Below are positions 21,804 to 36,430 of a stretch of 64,000 nucleotides of DNA, in pieces (positions within the stretch are counted from its first letter, which is position 1; each line of letters opens with the position of its first letter). Origin of the DNA: Trichoplax adhaerens (Eukaryota > Animalia > Placozoa); assembly GCF_000150275.1 (NCBI RefSeq), contig NW_002060955.1, forward strand, positions 912,287 to 976,286. Reading direction: 5' to 3'. The notes beneath the pieces are model-generated. The model was not told the origin of the DNA and searched no databases. It was given only the letters and a program-made list of their open reading frames with translations. Position numbers and translations under genes: made by a program.

Positions 21804-24800
21804 TTACTTACAGTAATATTTATATCTTGTAATGAGACACTTTTCGCATACCATTTGGCAACACCAAGTATATGTACATTTACAATTATTGTTAGTTATA
21901 GTAAGATTCGTTATTAATCCTCGCCCACAGCATAGATTGTTACAGTGTCCAGGGTCACTGGTAGGAACGGACATTTTACATTCTCGTCCGCGGGTGCCCG
22001 GACCACTTTTTTTATGGTTACTTAGACAATAATTGACGGACGTCTGTAGGTAGACCAGTTTCTTTGATAATGATTTAGATCGAAGTTTGGACTTCAACTG
22101 CGTATGATCTTTATTTGATTTCGTAATATACGCAGCATTTCGGTATAAATTCAATAAATCCTGACCGATATCTTCGAAACTAACCAAGATATTCCAACAG
22201 GTGTTATAAGTACATGCAGTAGATGTACCATGACATTTACACATCTTCTTTATATGTTTCGCAGTTATCTTTATATAAAAAATAGTTTACATAATAGTTG
22301 ATTAATAAATAAATAAATAAATTAGGCATATTTCTGTAATATTCCTTCCTTATTAATAGCATATGTTAACAAAATAGAGAAAATGGATGAAGTGTTACAA
22401 AAGTATATTACTGATTCCCACTGATAATATTATGTACCTACGCGCATATGCTGTAATTACATGTATTTTATAATTATAGCATTATTCTTTATGTTTATAA
22501 AACCTTTTATGATCCTTTAACGCGTACATTAAATTTTAACTATGCCAATCAAACTTAAGCAGCTGCTAGCTAGATTTTACGATCAAAGTTTTCGAATTAC
22601 CTTGCGACCTATTTGACTGTTATGTAAGTTCATTAAAGTTCTAGCATTTGGCGATTTAGATTTGAATTCGAACAAATCTGTAAAGGTTCTAGTCATTTTA
22701 AGGCTCCAATCAGCATTGCTAAGACATTCTTCCCCAGTCTTTCTAAGTGATTGATGAGAATCACATAAGCATTCTTTAATTTTGCCCTTAGAACAGTCTC
22801 GGTATAAAGTATGGGCAATAGCAGCTGAAGCTAATGCATACAGATAGGCAGTTTCTCGATTACCTGTCGAATAGAAAGAATAATTTAATAGGACAATTTG
22901 ATAGAATAGAAGGGATAATTTATAACAAGAATTAATAAAGATAATTTATTTGCCATCAGTGATCATCCTCAGAAAAGGACGGTCCTGACTAAGAGTATTC
23001 TAAAATGCTATTCTTGAAATGGACTAGTATTATTATAAATAATTGTGTGAGTATTTACAACGTCACCATTTACCGAGTTAGATTATAATGATATAAATTT
23101 AAGATTTACATGCTTAGATAAATATAAAATTAAGCTGCAATTTTCTTTGCTATATGATATCTTTGTTAAATAATATTTATAAAACATATATGATATGGAC
23201 CATTTTTCGACAGGTTTTATGCATAAAAAATCTCTTAAATCATAAGACTTTAACATTGTCTTCTTAAGCATTAATGGCTTAAATTAGAGATCTATTAAGT
23301 CTGATACTGCCATATAGATGTGCTAGGATGTTAACGTATATGTTTAAAGTAGCTAGTTAATTATTAATTGTAAAGACAACTAATTCAGGGTAAGCTTTAA
23401 TGTGAATCTCAAGAATACTGAATGTTTGTTTAAAACGATTTTTAGCTAAAATTCCTAAATACTAGCTGCTATTCTTAACTATCAAAGGGTATTCAATTAA
23501 AGTAAACGAAGAAAGCTGGAAACTAAAAACAATAACATGACTACAATTAATATAGAACAAAAAAAAATAATTCTTTTTGCGTCAACATGTTCTTGAATCC
23601 GAACAATAATTCAACTGGTTATTATACCGTATTATAGGAAATAAAATATGAATTTATAAATAGATATTAACCTGGAAGCCTTCGCTTTTGGTAATACGTT
23701 ATTTTGTCATTAACGCCGTAACACCCCCACATATCGTATCGTAATTGATTCTTGCATGTACTGGTAGCAAGACTAGCTCCAGATAATACTGAAGCTACAA
23801 CACCCGGATGATCCTGGCAAAATTCCAGAAATTTTGGATTTTGCCGACCCAGTATAGTGTAGCATATAGCATCTTTAGAAATTCCTTCACCATAATAGAT
23901 GGAAGTGATTGTGTAGCTAGAAATTGAATAAAAGACGAGTAATAAATTGTTAGTATAAAAATAAGTAAATAAAATAATTTGAATTGGGGTAGACTTTAAT
24001 TGGTCTATATCAAATAACTACCGACGTTGCGGGATTAACATTAGATAATCTTGCATTATTCAATCAAGAATATTGTGCATAAAGTATAAAGGTAATCACA
24101 CCAAGATAATTTATCAGATAGAAAGCAATCAATGATGATGTTGTTCGATCTAAATTTTGTAAGAAACAATTAATTTTTACTTTACTGTTGAACTTCATCA
24201 GTCATAATATTTTACTTTTCCCACGTAGATTATACCCAATATTGGAATAATAGTTGTTAGATAAAGACACAGTTGTTAATTAAGTACAATAATATCAAAA
24301 TAGAGAACAAAACGGGATGAACAGTATGAAGTGGTATTATGAGTTTATTGCTTATTGCTATATAAATCGCTACTTCAGTATCAAAGCATTTAGACGTATG
24401 TCAGTAATGAATGGTAATTCTAATATAACTTGCGCTGTCGTTGAATCTACTGCACCTATTGGAAAAAAGATTGCCAACTTTTCCTTCTGACAGTAGTGAT
24501 ATTAATCATTACTTAACCATATTCAACCCACATAATGAAAAGAAGTGCTTTTATTTTATAACATCTGACAACTGCCCTAATAGATACAAATAGTCTATAA
24601 AATGAGGTATAGTATACACACACATAAGCAATAATCTGGCTAAAAACCAACCTATATCAATTATTTACGTAGCAAACAGCTAATTTTAGTGCGATACAGG
24701 TAAAATTGGCTATCCACATTCAACTGCAGAAATTAATGTCCGTAAATTGGGAAGTGTAGGGCAGATGCAGTAAATGATGACAGTGATATGAAAGAGTTGT

Positions 24801-25281
24801 TCAGAAATGAACGACGTGTCCCGAGAAAAATAGGTTCAAACGAAAGTAGGGATTAGTTATCTCACCGAGATTCAATTTGAAGTTTATAAAATATCAAAGT
24901 AAATTATCAAATACAAACTATTATAAATTGATTTTATGGTTGATATCGCGTATAGAAAATTATTTAAATATCGAATAATTTACTACATTTGATCTGATTA
25001 TTAATCGAGATTGGAAAAAGTTTCTTCGATAGGGAGTGGTTAAGTAAAATAAGGAAAGAAATACGATTCTGAATCTATTTCTACTGCATAATCATAAAAT
25101 ATTGAAGATAAGCTATTGATTCGATGAGAATAAATTCTACTTACTTAATTCATTTCTTATTTAGTAACTGTAATATTATAACGTACAACTAGAGAAAAAG
25201 GAATTTAAATGCTGTGAAAATGAAAGATAGTATAACTTACATTAAAATAATTTGCCAAAGTAGAAGCAATAATTTAGCCAT
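21804..25281 (-). CDS. Wnt: Wnt-family secreted ligand, 337 aa, 4 exons; subfamily unassigned
   Basis: Exons 25281-25241, 23916-23672, 22863-22601 and 22268-21804 (1014 nt). Signal peptide MAKLLLLLWQIILIYTITS. Motifs GNRETAYLYALASAA, MNLHNSQIGR, CKCHGTSTACTYNTCW, LVYLQTSVNYC, GTRGREC, CNNLCCGRG and CKCTYTWCCQMVCEKC. 24 cysteines. Confidence 0.95.
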
Positions 25282-26730
25282 TTAATACTAATTAGTTTTA
25301 TGTATATATAGACCGGAATGTACACGTATTTATAAGTAGATGTTGGCGACTTTTGCCTCCAAAGTGATTGATTGTGAAATGACGTTGAAAAGTGATTCAA
25401 GGAAGTATTTATGTCCTTGGTTTGATTCTTGACCTTAATAGTGAATAGAATGATGGATAATGTAATCAAGATAAAGAAATGATATAGCCCCAAAAATGAT
25501 TTTTTTGTTGTTACCATATATGAGACTAAATGAATTTGCTATTCACACATTCATAATAAAATCTTAATTACCAATCCCTTAAGCATATTGCTTTAATTGT
25601 AATCATTGTTATTTATTCCATTGATCACTTTTGTTGTTGTTGTCTATGTCTGATGAGTAAAAATATATTAATATTAAAAAATTGATTATAAACTTGTGAT
25701 GAATATTTATTATATTCTTTGCTTGGAAATTATTTGTATACTATATTAGAATTGACCGTAATATTCATCTAAACTGAAAAAATAAAAAATATGATTACGT
25801 GATAAATACTTATATTATAGGTCAAAATTTAAACGTACATCTAATAGCTACTACGCATCCAGTTGAATGGTATTATTGATAAGGGATGAAGAAATAAACT
25901 ATTTAACTCGTACGTTAATCGAAATTAACTAAGTATTAAAACCGATTATTTGACTTTCTATTTTTTCTCGTATAGAACTAATATCGTCATAATCATAGCT
26001 ATTGCGATAATAATAGTTAATAGTCAAATTTATTACTCTCTGAAAAACTTATCTATATTCTTTTCAAAATACTGCAATTTCTGATAAGTGGATACTGATT
26101 TTAAGGATTATTTAGATATGCTGGCTATATGTACAACTTTCTTGAATTAATTGCAAACAATATAATGGATTACTGCCATTACCGAATATCCAAAGAAATT
26201 TATTCTATCCTAAATTAATCTTTAATTCAATGCTATTCATAAGCATCTGATGACTCATATTGTTTTCATTTCAGTATTAGCAGGAATTGAGCTAAATCAT
26301 GTACCACCGTTATAATTAGGGCTAAAAGGCAGAATTAATTTAAAGTTAAATATTGTACAGATTTTATATTCAGTTATCTACATTAATTTTCGTGATTAAG
26401 AGGGGATAAGGGTCAACTAAAGTTCTAATATTATTGTTAATATTTCAACTATCGCTTCTTGATATGGCAACAGAATAGAAAGTCAATTTAGAACTTATCT
26501 AACTGATCAGAATAGTTGTCGTACTTTAACAATAAACAGATAGATCCTGAAGATGCTATTTTAGTGACTCATACTTATTAAAAATTGAAATCAATACAAT
26601 TATTTATAACTTCAGTTCGATAGATGTGTTAACTAGCTATGGTGTCCAATTAATAATTGGCTAAATTGATTAAAATTATGTGCAGAAAGAAAGAATAAAA
26701 GAATGATTACAATTGAATTGTTGTCAACTT

Positions 26731-26761
26731 GAAAATAGGTCAAGTGACCTATTTTCCCACA
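26731..26761. promoter_or_regulatory. Perfect 12-bp inverted repeat forming a nuclear-receptor IR2 element, overlapped by a CSL/Su(H) site, ~1.45 kb upstream of Wnt
   Basis: GAAAATAGGTCA-AG-TGACCTATTTTC at 26731-26756. TTCCCACA at 26754-26761 reads TGTGGGAA on the minus strand. Confidence 0.5.
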
Positions 26762-29700
26762 CCTAGAGCTTGATTAATTATTAATCGCAAGGAAAGATAG
26801 CTGGCATAATATAATTGAATAGATTGATCAAGAAGAGTGCTAGATATTAACCAGTATAAATTAAATACAAAATTGAACTTAAATAAAGTAAGGGCACGGA
26901 TAGATCAACATCAAGTAAACTGAAATCAAAAAATTAAAATACTAAATGAAGTATGGCCAATCCTATCTTTGCATTATTTTAATATTTTTAATTGATTTGC
27001 ATTGATTATAAGAATGGAAATGATGATCTTACGATAGGGACAAGTAGCTATTTTTTCATTATAATGGTAGATGAATCTGTTTTTTAATCGAGGAAATGAT
27101 CGTCGTAGACATTTCTAATCGTCTTGCTAAACAATAGCTTTCATCAGATTTGTATTTACAATAGGTTATTGTTGATGGTTTTAATAACTTCCTAGCTGGA
27201 AGAATGTCATCATCTATTCTATACCATCAGCTGTTTTTTATTTAGTTATTACTTAGCGGTTTGGAGCAATGAAGTGCAAAATGTCACGAATTTCATCTAT
27301 CAATGTAACAATCAATTCCAAGGAACTAGTCTATTTCTTTCGTCGAGCAAATGCAGCATTTTTCTTTCACTTTAATAAGGGCGCTCATAATTACAAAAAT
27401 TGGGAGTAAGTAATTGTAAGTAATGACGTCGGAGCTAACCAGCTGAATTGAAAAAAAATTTATGAGACCTGAATACTATCAATTTTAAACCCTAAATATA
27501 TATATATGCTACCATTAAATATTATTCATGATATTATACTACATTTCCGATAATAAGAGACGCCATGTATTGTCTACAATCTAACTAAACATCTGGCTCT
27601 ATACGTTATTAACTTCAGTTACTTTCATCCTCAAACGCAAAAGTACTTTAGCTTACTATTAAATATAATTTTAAGATTATTAATTTCAAATAGTATAATG
27701 TGAACACCGTCTTATTCTCATCCAAGCACGCACTTAAATTTCTTCCACCATTAGCATTGATTAATTTGCTAATAATATATCAAAAAGGAGTAGTATTCGA
27801 AAATTACAGCATTAGATAATTTTTTTGCCATATAATAGGACAAAGATTATCCTTTAAATTTGAGATTTTTACAAGTTATAGTAATTAGTTACAATAACAA
27901 AAATTGCTAATCTACGTATTTGAACTAATATAGTAACATTAAATTAAAAATAAACCTATTAGAGTAGAGGAAGCGATTTTAACAAAAGAATAATGCTTTA
28001 CAAACAGACGATGGAAATATTTAGTCGTATCTTCATTTCATTATAATTTTACATTTAATAATACAGTATCACCAAGTAATATTAATAATGCTATAGTCTT
28101 GATTGTTGATTTTTTAATCTAAACTAGGATTTATATCTTATTTTAATTCATTATTTGCCACAATAGAATAAATTTTGGAAATAAATTTCAATTAAATTAT
28201 TGATACAGGCGCGAAAGAATATTCCCATGTCGTGGGTGTTATAGTAGGTATTGTCCTATGGCTTCCTATGCTATATTATAGCCCATGAGACAACCATATA
28301 GCAATATTGGAAGACTACTTGTATTTCTAGTCAAACATTGTATGACTAAATGGGTGAAAATTTTTAATTATCTTGTACCAGGATAGAACCATGGAAACAA
28401 AATATCAAAAATTCACTTTAAAATTTAAATAATAAATAACTAAAGAATAATTAAATTCGAAAGGCATATTTTCTTCTGTGACCTTAACCTTGCTACTGCA
28501 GGTGATTTAATTATCTAGTTGAATTATATTTGTAGAAATCCTCAGTTATAGCCTAATTGTTGCTACATATGATAGCCCTTGTTGTTATGAGTTTTGATAT
28601 TTAAAATAATATGAATTCGGTCACGGTTTATACGTATGATAATTTTCAGTATCATTCTAGCTAATTATATATAATTGAATACAGGACATTGCATTACAAT
28701 TTTCTCTTTGGCATGACTTATTTGGTAGCTGAAATGATATCGGCGATATCTAAACGAATATTAATAAGTTATGTTATGTGAGACGACAGTTCCATGTAAT
28801 TTATCCCAGGGGTCCGAGTTGTAATTTAACTTTGCGATAAGGCAATTTGAAAATATAGTCTTTCAGCTAAATTCCTGAATCAAATGTCTAGAATAAGTAT
28901 CTGATTGAGTACTTCTGAACCTCATTCTTACTCTCACTGAATAATTGAAAGCTTAAATGGCTTTCATTCTACAAATAGTACACGCTACTAAGAACTGTAA
29001 GATAGCTTTTTGTTCAGAATTTTATTGTTCGAATTACTGCGTTCAGATAGAATAAACCAATTACATGCAAATAATTGTAATGCTTTTACTACCCTTTACT
29101 GTGCAATATCTTTTCGGTAAAGTTTTCTTAACATAAATATTTTCATATACTGGTAAATTTTTTTAAACAGTTATTGATTATAATCCTAATTCAAGCAAGA
29201 TTCTACACAGTCCATCTTGAATAATATCCTAAATAAGGTACCGATTATCACAGCTAGTATCATAATTATAGACTGTACTGTCGCATTCAGATTGCAACTG
29301 AAAACCACTAAACCATTTTAACGTAACACCGTAACAACTTACTACAAAGTATGAGTAAATTCATTAAAGATATTTATGATTTATTTCAAAATTTTTAGTT
29401 CTTCTACACAAGTTCTCCAGCTTTAATGAATAATAATTCTGGTATAATTCGGAGGTTTCTATAAATCCATAACATCAAAGATCTGTTACAGAATGAAATA
29501 TTTAAGAAGCGACATAACTTTGAACATAAGTAAATGGGTGTAAGAGTGCATCTATTAGTTGTTAATTACCGAACCAAATACTGCGTTATTGTATCTTAGG
29601 CAGAAATTTAACGCCTATACAGATTTAAAGTTCAGCGTCTAAGAAATGATTAGGCGCTATAGAAAAAGTCTGACTTAGAATAATTAAAATTATGTATAGG

Positions 29701-32700
29701 AAATGCAATCAAAAATTAAGTCATGAAATTAGGTGGTTTAAATATTATATTAGGGAATTGAATAGATAGATTTCATTTAAGGAAGCAGATTTTCATTCTT
29801 TATCCAGTAACTCTAACATATATATCGTACTGTATTTATTGATGGAAGGGTCCAATGTAATCGTAGTATAGGACAACTTTTATATAATCACGCTATCAAA
29901 TTGCTGTTACATGATAGTCAGTCTTATGATGGGACAGGAACTTCATTAATGTTTACAAAATCAACAAATGTGGATTGACGCTTGTGCCAGTGTTATATAC
30001 TGTATTAGAGTAGAAATATCTATGTTAAGATAATTCTGTTAGCTTATCCTTATTTAGTTAACTTCTAATTTGGATATACCGTGTTTTTATATAGCACTGA
30101 TTTTTTATGGCAGTGGCACATAGACACATACTGAAATTAATAGTTATAATAGGGAATGCAAATCATCTACTTACAGTTCGAATCATTGTGATTGTAACTT
30201 ACTTATGGTAGATTGTAAATTATCGTGGAAATGTTCCGTGATAGAACATGTCTGACTATTCTGTATTAGTCATCAGATGTCTATGTTCGTAAGTACTGTT
30301 GTCTGCATTAAGGGAGCAGTATCTAAAATTAATATCTAATTCAGTGAATGATTCCAAAGTTAATCGTACTAACTATGACCCATGAACTATTGAGGAAGAG
30401 TATATGAATGCAGTATATCGTGTAATAAAGTGGATTCTCAAACTTGGTGTTTAACGTAAAATACGAGACGTTTAAGTCTTTGTGTAGTCTGCTAGTAGAG
30501 CAAAAGTGTTTCTGATAGTGCAGATATCGTTCCTTGATACCTGGTTCAAGGAATTAACTTATTGATCATGCATTACGTTATCTTGTTGCAAAGCTGTTTT
30601 GTAACAACGCTGTAATATTTCGCAATAAAATTAAGGAATCCCTAAAATTAAGTAATAAACTGTTCTCATCTGCTAACTCTTGAAGATGATTTATTGAGTG
30701 ACCGGTCCAAAGTAGAGATTGAAATAGTTCTTTCTGACACAATTATTATTGAACTTTCACTATTTCATCTCTTTAGCGTAACAATAACTCACTTATATAC
30801 AGGAATTTTACAGTATCGAATAGAGAAAACCCTTTCAAACTTTTTCGCTTATTCATCTTATACTTGGTCCTAGCCTACTATACGCATATGAATCTTATTA
30901 ATATTTCTAGAAGTATTAATAAAATGCAAGTATTATTGTCGTAGTTATATTTTTGTTTTAAATGCACTCGCAAAAGGAATCGCTGCAATAAAAAGATAGT
31001 TATTAATAACAATTCAAATTATCCACGTTCTTTATCTTGGATAAATGCACTGACGACAACTATACTTCCAAACATTTATGTTATTACCGCCATGGTGCAG
31101 TCTATCTGTAGATTGTATCTTCTGGCTACTAGTTGGATTATAAGTTATTTAAAGGTGAATTAATAAAAGATATTACAGTGGGTAATTTGTGGCATTATGG
31201 CCGTGATATTTTAATTAGGTTAATGAATTATTGATGGACTGGCTTACGGAAGTTATTATCCTCAAGATATAAAGTTACCTTGTATAGCTAGTGCTGTAAG
31301 AAGGATTCTAGTAATAAGATCAGTATTTCAGTTATTATTAATAAGCCTGCAAGTAGCTGCAGATGCAAATGGTATACTACTGTTAATAGTTATCGTTAGA
31401 TTTAGATATTCCCTGACAAAGAACAGATTTATGTGTATGGCGAAATTCATCTATTAATGAAATTGTGATTGTATTATTTTTAAGACGCATTTTCAAGTTT
31501 TAGATATAGTATTTGCTGGGAAAACTGTTACTGAATAGTATTTCTTCTCTCTCTCCTTCCCACAAAAATATATATAAGGAGTTTATCGTACAGCCAAAGA
31601 TACTGTAATTTTGGTAAGTTTACCTAATCAAGAACTAGAGGTGGATCTGATATATCCTAATTTTTATAAATATCAAACAACTTCTTAACAAGAAATCCTA
31701 TCAGATATGCTATAGATCTGTGAACGAATGCAATTACCTTTAATGTTCAGATTAAAGGCAGTGGTACATGCAAACTTATTCGATGCTTACATGTTTGTAC
31801 CCAAACGTATGATTATATTATGAATAGTGTCACGGTACGAACTACCGTGAAGAAATAGCTATCTAAATTTGGTGAATATAATATAGTGATAATATATTGC
31901 AACTAGCTAATTACACTAGGAATTACTCTAATTATAAATGTGCTACAGTAAATTTAATGCTGTGCTGTAATGTGCACTGAAATGATTCTGTGAATGGACA
32001 TGTTGTAGTCCGAATGTGAAAAATTAGTTAGTAGATGTTCTCACCTAAGTATTTTTATAAGATGACTCGTGAATGTTAGCTGCTGTAAAAGGGTATATAA
32101 GCCCGTTAGATAGTTGAATAAAGTAGTTCTCAATTGTCTAATCGAGTTTAACGTAGAATCAAAGGCGTCTAAATTCTTGTGAGTAGGGATACTGAATCCG
32201 CAGATTTTAGAGATTTATTTTACGTTATCCCTGTCACGAAGCTGGTTTGTGACAAATAGCTATAGAACTTAGTAATTAGACATGTTGAAATTCTAACCTT
32301 TTTGTTACGTTATTCTTAGTTATATTTCAGGTATTCGGTTTCTAAAATGAAGACTGTGTACTAAATGCGGTGGATAGTTCGGCAGAATAAAGAAATTTAT
32401 TCGATTGATTCTTTAACGAATAGTATCAATCAACGAATGTAAATTACTATATTATAAATTGAACTCCTTATTCTCGACACGCAATATGGTATGAAATTAG
32501 TACATTCTGTAAATAATTAGTATATTCTGTAAATACGTGATCAAAATGCCAACATAAATGTAGTAAAAAGACCTAGATAAAAGTAATTAATAGTGTAATA
32601 AAGAACTTTAGTCTTAACTAGAGTACATTTCGCGATGATGAATGTAATAATGAGAGTAATTGGTCTATGGTGCCTTTGTATTACCAAGTAAGCACTTAAA

Positions 32701-35700
32701 GTAGCTACCGTAATGTGAAAGGCAATTCCAATTTTAATCCACTTGAGCAAATTCATTTACTGTATCATATTTTCAGCCAAAGATAAACTAAAGAAAGTTA
32801 CTCGCACATTCACATACTTCTTAGAGCATTATAATATACGAATAGCATTAGAAATTCACGACAATTAAAGGTATTTTTACTTTCTCAAAGATTGTTCATA
32901 GCTTTACAAGCTTATTTCAACTGGTGTTAGCTTTTGAAAACTTTTCTGGAAATCTTGTATAGATTCTGAAGCCACTCAGTCAATACTAATGGTCTGTCTT
33001 AGCTGACTGTCTGTTTCCTATCGATTAATAATTATAATTACTACAATTAAGGGTTGACTTTCAACTAGGCAATATAATATTACAACAAGCACTCATTTAC
33101 AATGCACGTGCACAAATTAAGTGTAAACTATCTACAAACAGATAGTAAACATTAGTACACCGATTTATGTAATAATAATTCTCTTCAAATAAACAGGCTT
33201 ATATCGACGAGCTCATCGCCATTAAGAAAGAAGTAATGAGATTTATAATAATGAAGAGAAATTCGCATTCTATCACACTTAATTTATTGATCAGCAGTAT
33301 TCTATAGGAAAGCAATTCTACTATATTTAATCACGGCTTAGTTAACGGCCATATGGATTTTTAAAATGTAATTATACAGCTCGCGATTAATAAATTATTA
33401 ATCTAAGTAAAAGGATTTCCTTGATACGCTTTTTTTCTAGAATATCAGTGCTCTATAATAATATTTTTATTGGTCAGGGCTATATTCACCTGAATGGTTT
33501 AAATAAAAATCAAAGAATTTCTTATTTCTAGGAAGTTCAAGGTTAAAATAGAGCTTTTGTTTAGATAAATGTCAAGCTCACTCAACAGTACGAAAATAAT
33601 TGACTTTCTTAAATCTTAAATGGCATCACGGTCTGTTGAAGGTTGCATCGATTAATCGTTCTAAATGTAAGCTATCCATTGTAAGCACCGGAAACAATCC
33701 TCGAAGCAAATTGCCTATCTAACATACATGACGATTAGTGATAACATTTTATCTTACGTTTTATTGTCAAGATTAGTATATGTAATAGCACTGAAACTTT
33801 TCTTTTATCGCAGCTTTTGTAGGGAAAAAGATAGTAGTATTTTTTACCTATGAAATTATGGCAAATGTACTACTAGATGTTGTTTATGTCTAATAAAGTT
33901 AACGAATAATGTCGTCGAAAAGATTAATATTAATGGCAATTAAGGGTTCGTATACTTTCGACAATATTGAACTATTAATTATTAGTGGCTCAATAATTCA
34001 TATATTTTATTGTAAGAAATAATAGAAATCTTACGATGTTTTTCATTCTTGCATGCCAATTACAAATTTATAAGACAGTATTACTGTCTATATTTGCGTA
34101 ATCAATGGTTTAATTGCATAAACGTTCATCAAGATTGCTAAGGGTGAATATTGCTGACGAATAATCAAGTATTAATTCAAGAATTAAAATCATAGATTAG
34201 ATACGTCCTTAAAATCCATTCATTGCGACGCTATTACTTTACAAATTCGTGCCATTTCTTGATATACTTCAATCATCGTAATTTTTGATGGATCAAAAAC
34301 ACAATTAATAACGGATACGGTACTTTATGACGCAAATTCACGTCATTTAGTTGCGATTGGAAATGTACAAAAATATCAATACTAGTGCGTATGCGATTTA
34401 GAATTTTTTACAATCTGGACATAGCTAATAAAGGAGAAATTGTTTAGTTAAAAAAACAAATAATAATACCAACGTTAAAATGAAAATCAGCCATTTCTGA
34501 CAACTTATTTAAGGCCATATATTTTACATTTACGAGGGTAACTGACGAGCATTGGGCTATTTGTTTAAACAATAAAATTACATCTTACCGATTATGTGCT
34601 TTCACCAGTAATAATCGTGATATCTGAGAGACTAATTACTTATTCTAATATTGTTAAATAGCAAATATCTGGGATATACTTATTTGCACGCTCAGTAAGG
34701 TAGGTGGTAAATTAGGAAATGTGTTCAAAGTGGGATGAAATTATTGACAGTTCAAATTTTGTAAATGTTTATAATGTTTTTGCATGTAGCGAAGCAAATT
34801 TAAAGAGTATCCTTATTATTCTTCTTATGAAAGATTGAAGAAAGGATTGACCTGTTATCAATACCCCTCAACCGAGGTAAATGTTTCGATAATGTCATAT
34901 CTAGCGGCTCTTGTCATGATATTTTATAATAGCAGCTTTGTCAGGACACATTGATAACCTATTGACTTTTAGCCTTCTGTCGTACTGGCTTCCATAAAGT
35001 AGTATTATAAAGGTTGTTAGCAATTACTTCCAAAATTTATCATTTCTACTGAAAGTAGATTATAAGCCTAAAATGAATGTTGATGGTGCTATTTGATTCT
35101 ATTTATTAAATTTTCATAAAGAAAATAAAATCAGCAACGAATTCAAAAGGAATTCAACTTGGTAGTGACATATCCGATGGCTTAAATATAGCTTCAAAGA
35201 AAGTCATGATAACAATGGTAAGAAAATTTTCGGTATTTTTTGATTTAATTATTTTCACATTAGCTTAAGCCAATGTACTACCAAATGAACTTTATAAAAT
35301 TTAATAAACTTTGGTAGAATTCAAATTCATTACTTTAGAGAGTTTGGCATATTAGCAGCGTCGCTTTACTTGTTTTATATTTTAAAATTTTGAATCGATC
35401 CCATTTTAAAATATTACGTGCAACTAGGACAGTAATTAGTCATGACTATGAGTTTGTTTAGTATTTAGTCTTATTTTGGTTTAATATAGTTGTACATGTT
35501 ATAAGTTTCACGGGTTTAAACAGGATATTACGATAATTATTTCTGAATATATTACTTTAATTTTCATTATATTGCCTTTGTCGCTTATCTCAACGCTAAA
35601 TCTTTTTAATTTGTAGCTACAGACAATTAAAGATATATCTATATATATATAAATGTCTTGCCGATGTTATAGAATGAAATAACGTCGATTATCTGTTCAT

Positions 35701-36325
35701 GAATTTGTTTCATAGATTACATATTACAGTAACTTTATGAACGAAATTTAATTAAAAATTTGGTTTAAATTTATTACTTATTGAAATCCTTCTATAGAGT
35801 TTCGGAGAATTTTCACTACGCTGGTAGTTTTTATTAACTTATCCCATATACGATTTGACAGCGAGACTACAAAAAGCCTAAGTCTATAGTCATATTCACA
35901 TATTAATCAAGAATAATATAGCGATAGTAGTTTAATACTTTCATTATGAGAAATAGCTATTCATTCATTCCATAATTCTACAATCCAAATGGATATGGCT
36001 CTAATTAGGCTGCGTTTCTCATAATGAGCAAGGTGAAATTCCATTTACAAACCTGCTAGCTGTTCTTTTAGATGAGATAGGTACATGAAAGTTTGGAGAA
36101 GAAATTTCAGATAGTAACTAGAATTCAAGCCTATTAAAAAGTTTGCTGATATTGGACTACATATTCTGATTCAAAGCCTGTAAATAAGTACTCTATCAGG
36201 CACTTATGTCGTAGGTTAGTAATTTAATGATTATAAGCACCGATATACTATAAATAGTTATCAATTAAATAATGATAATTAGAAATATTTCATTCATACA
36301 TGGATTTTTTGGCTGGATTTTCAAC

Positions 36326-36396
36326 TTAGTAAACAAAAGCTTGCAAATTGGCTTGTGCAGAATCAATCTTTGATAGCCATAATGTCTGCAAAAATG

Positions 36397-36430
<34 letters not shown>

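Noticed and set aside
25242-25517. 91-aa hydrophobic ORF as Wnt exon 1
   Set aside because: It is out of frame with the GTAAGT donor at 25240. The ATG at 25281 gives a correct phase-2 join and a clean signal peptide. At most this is an overlapping uORF.
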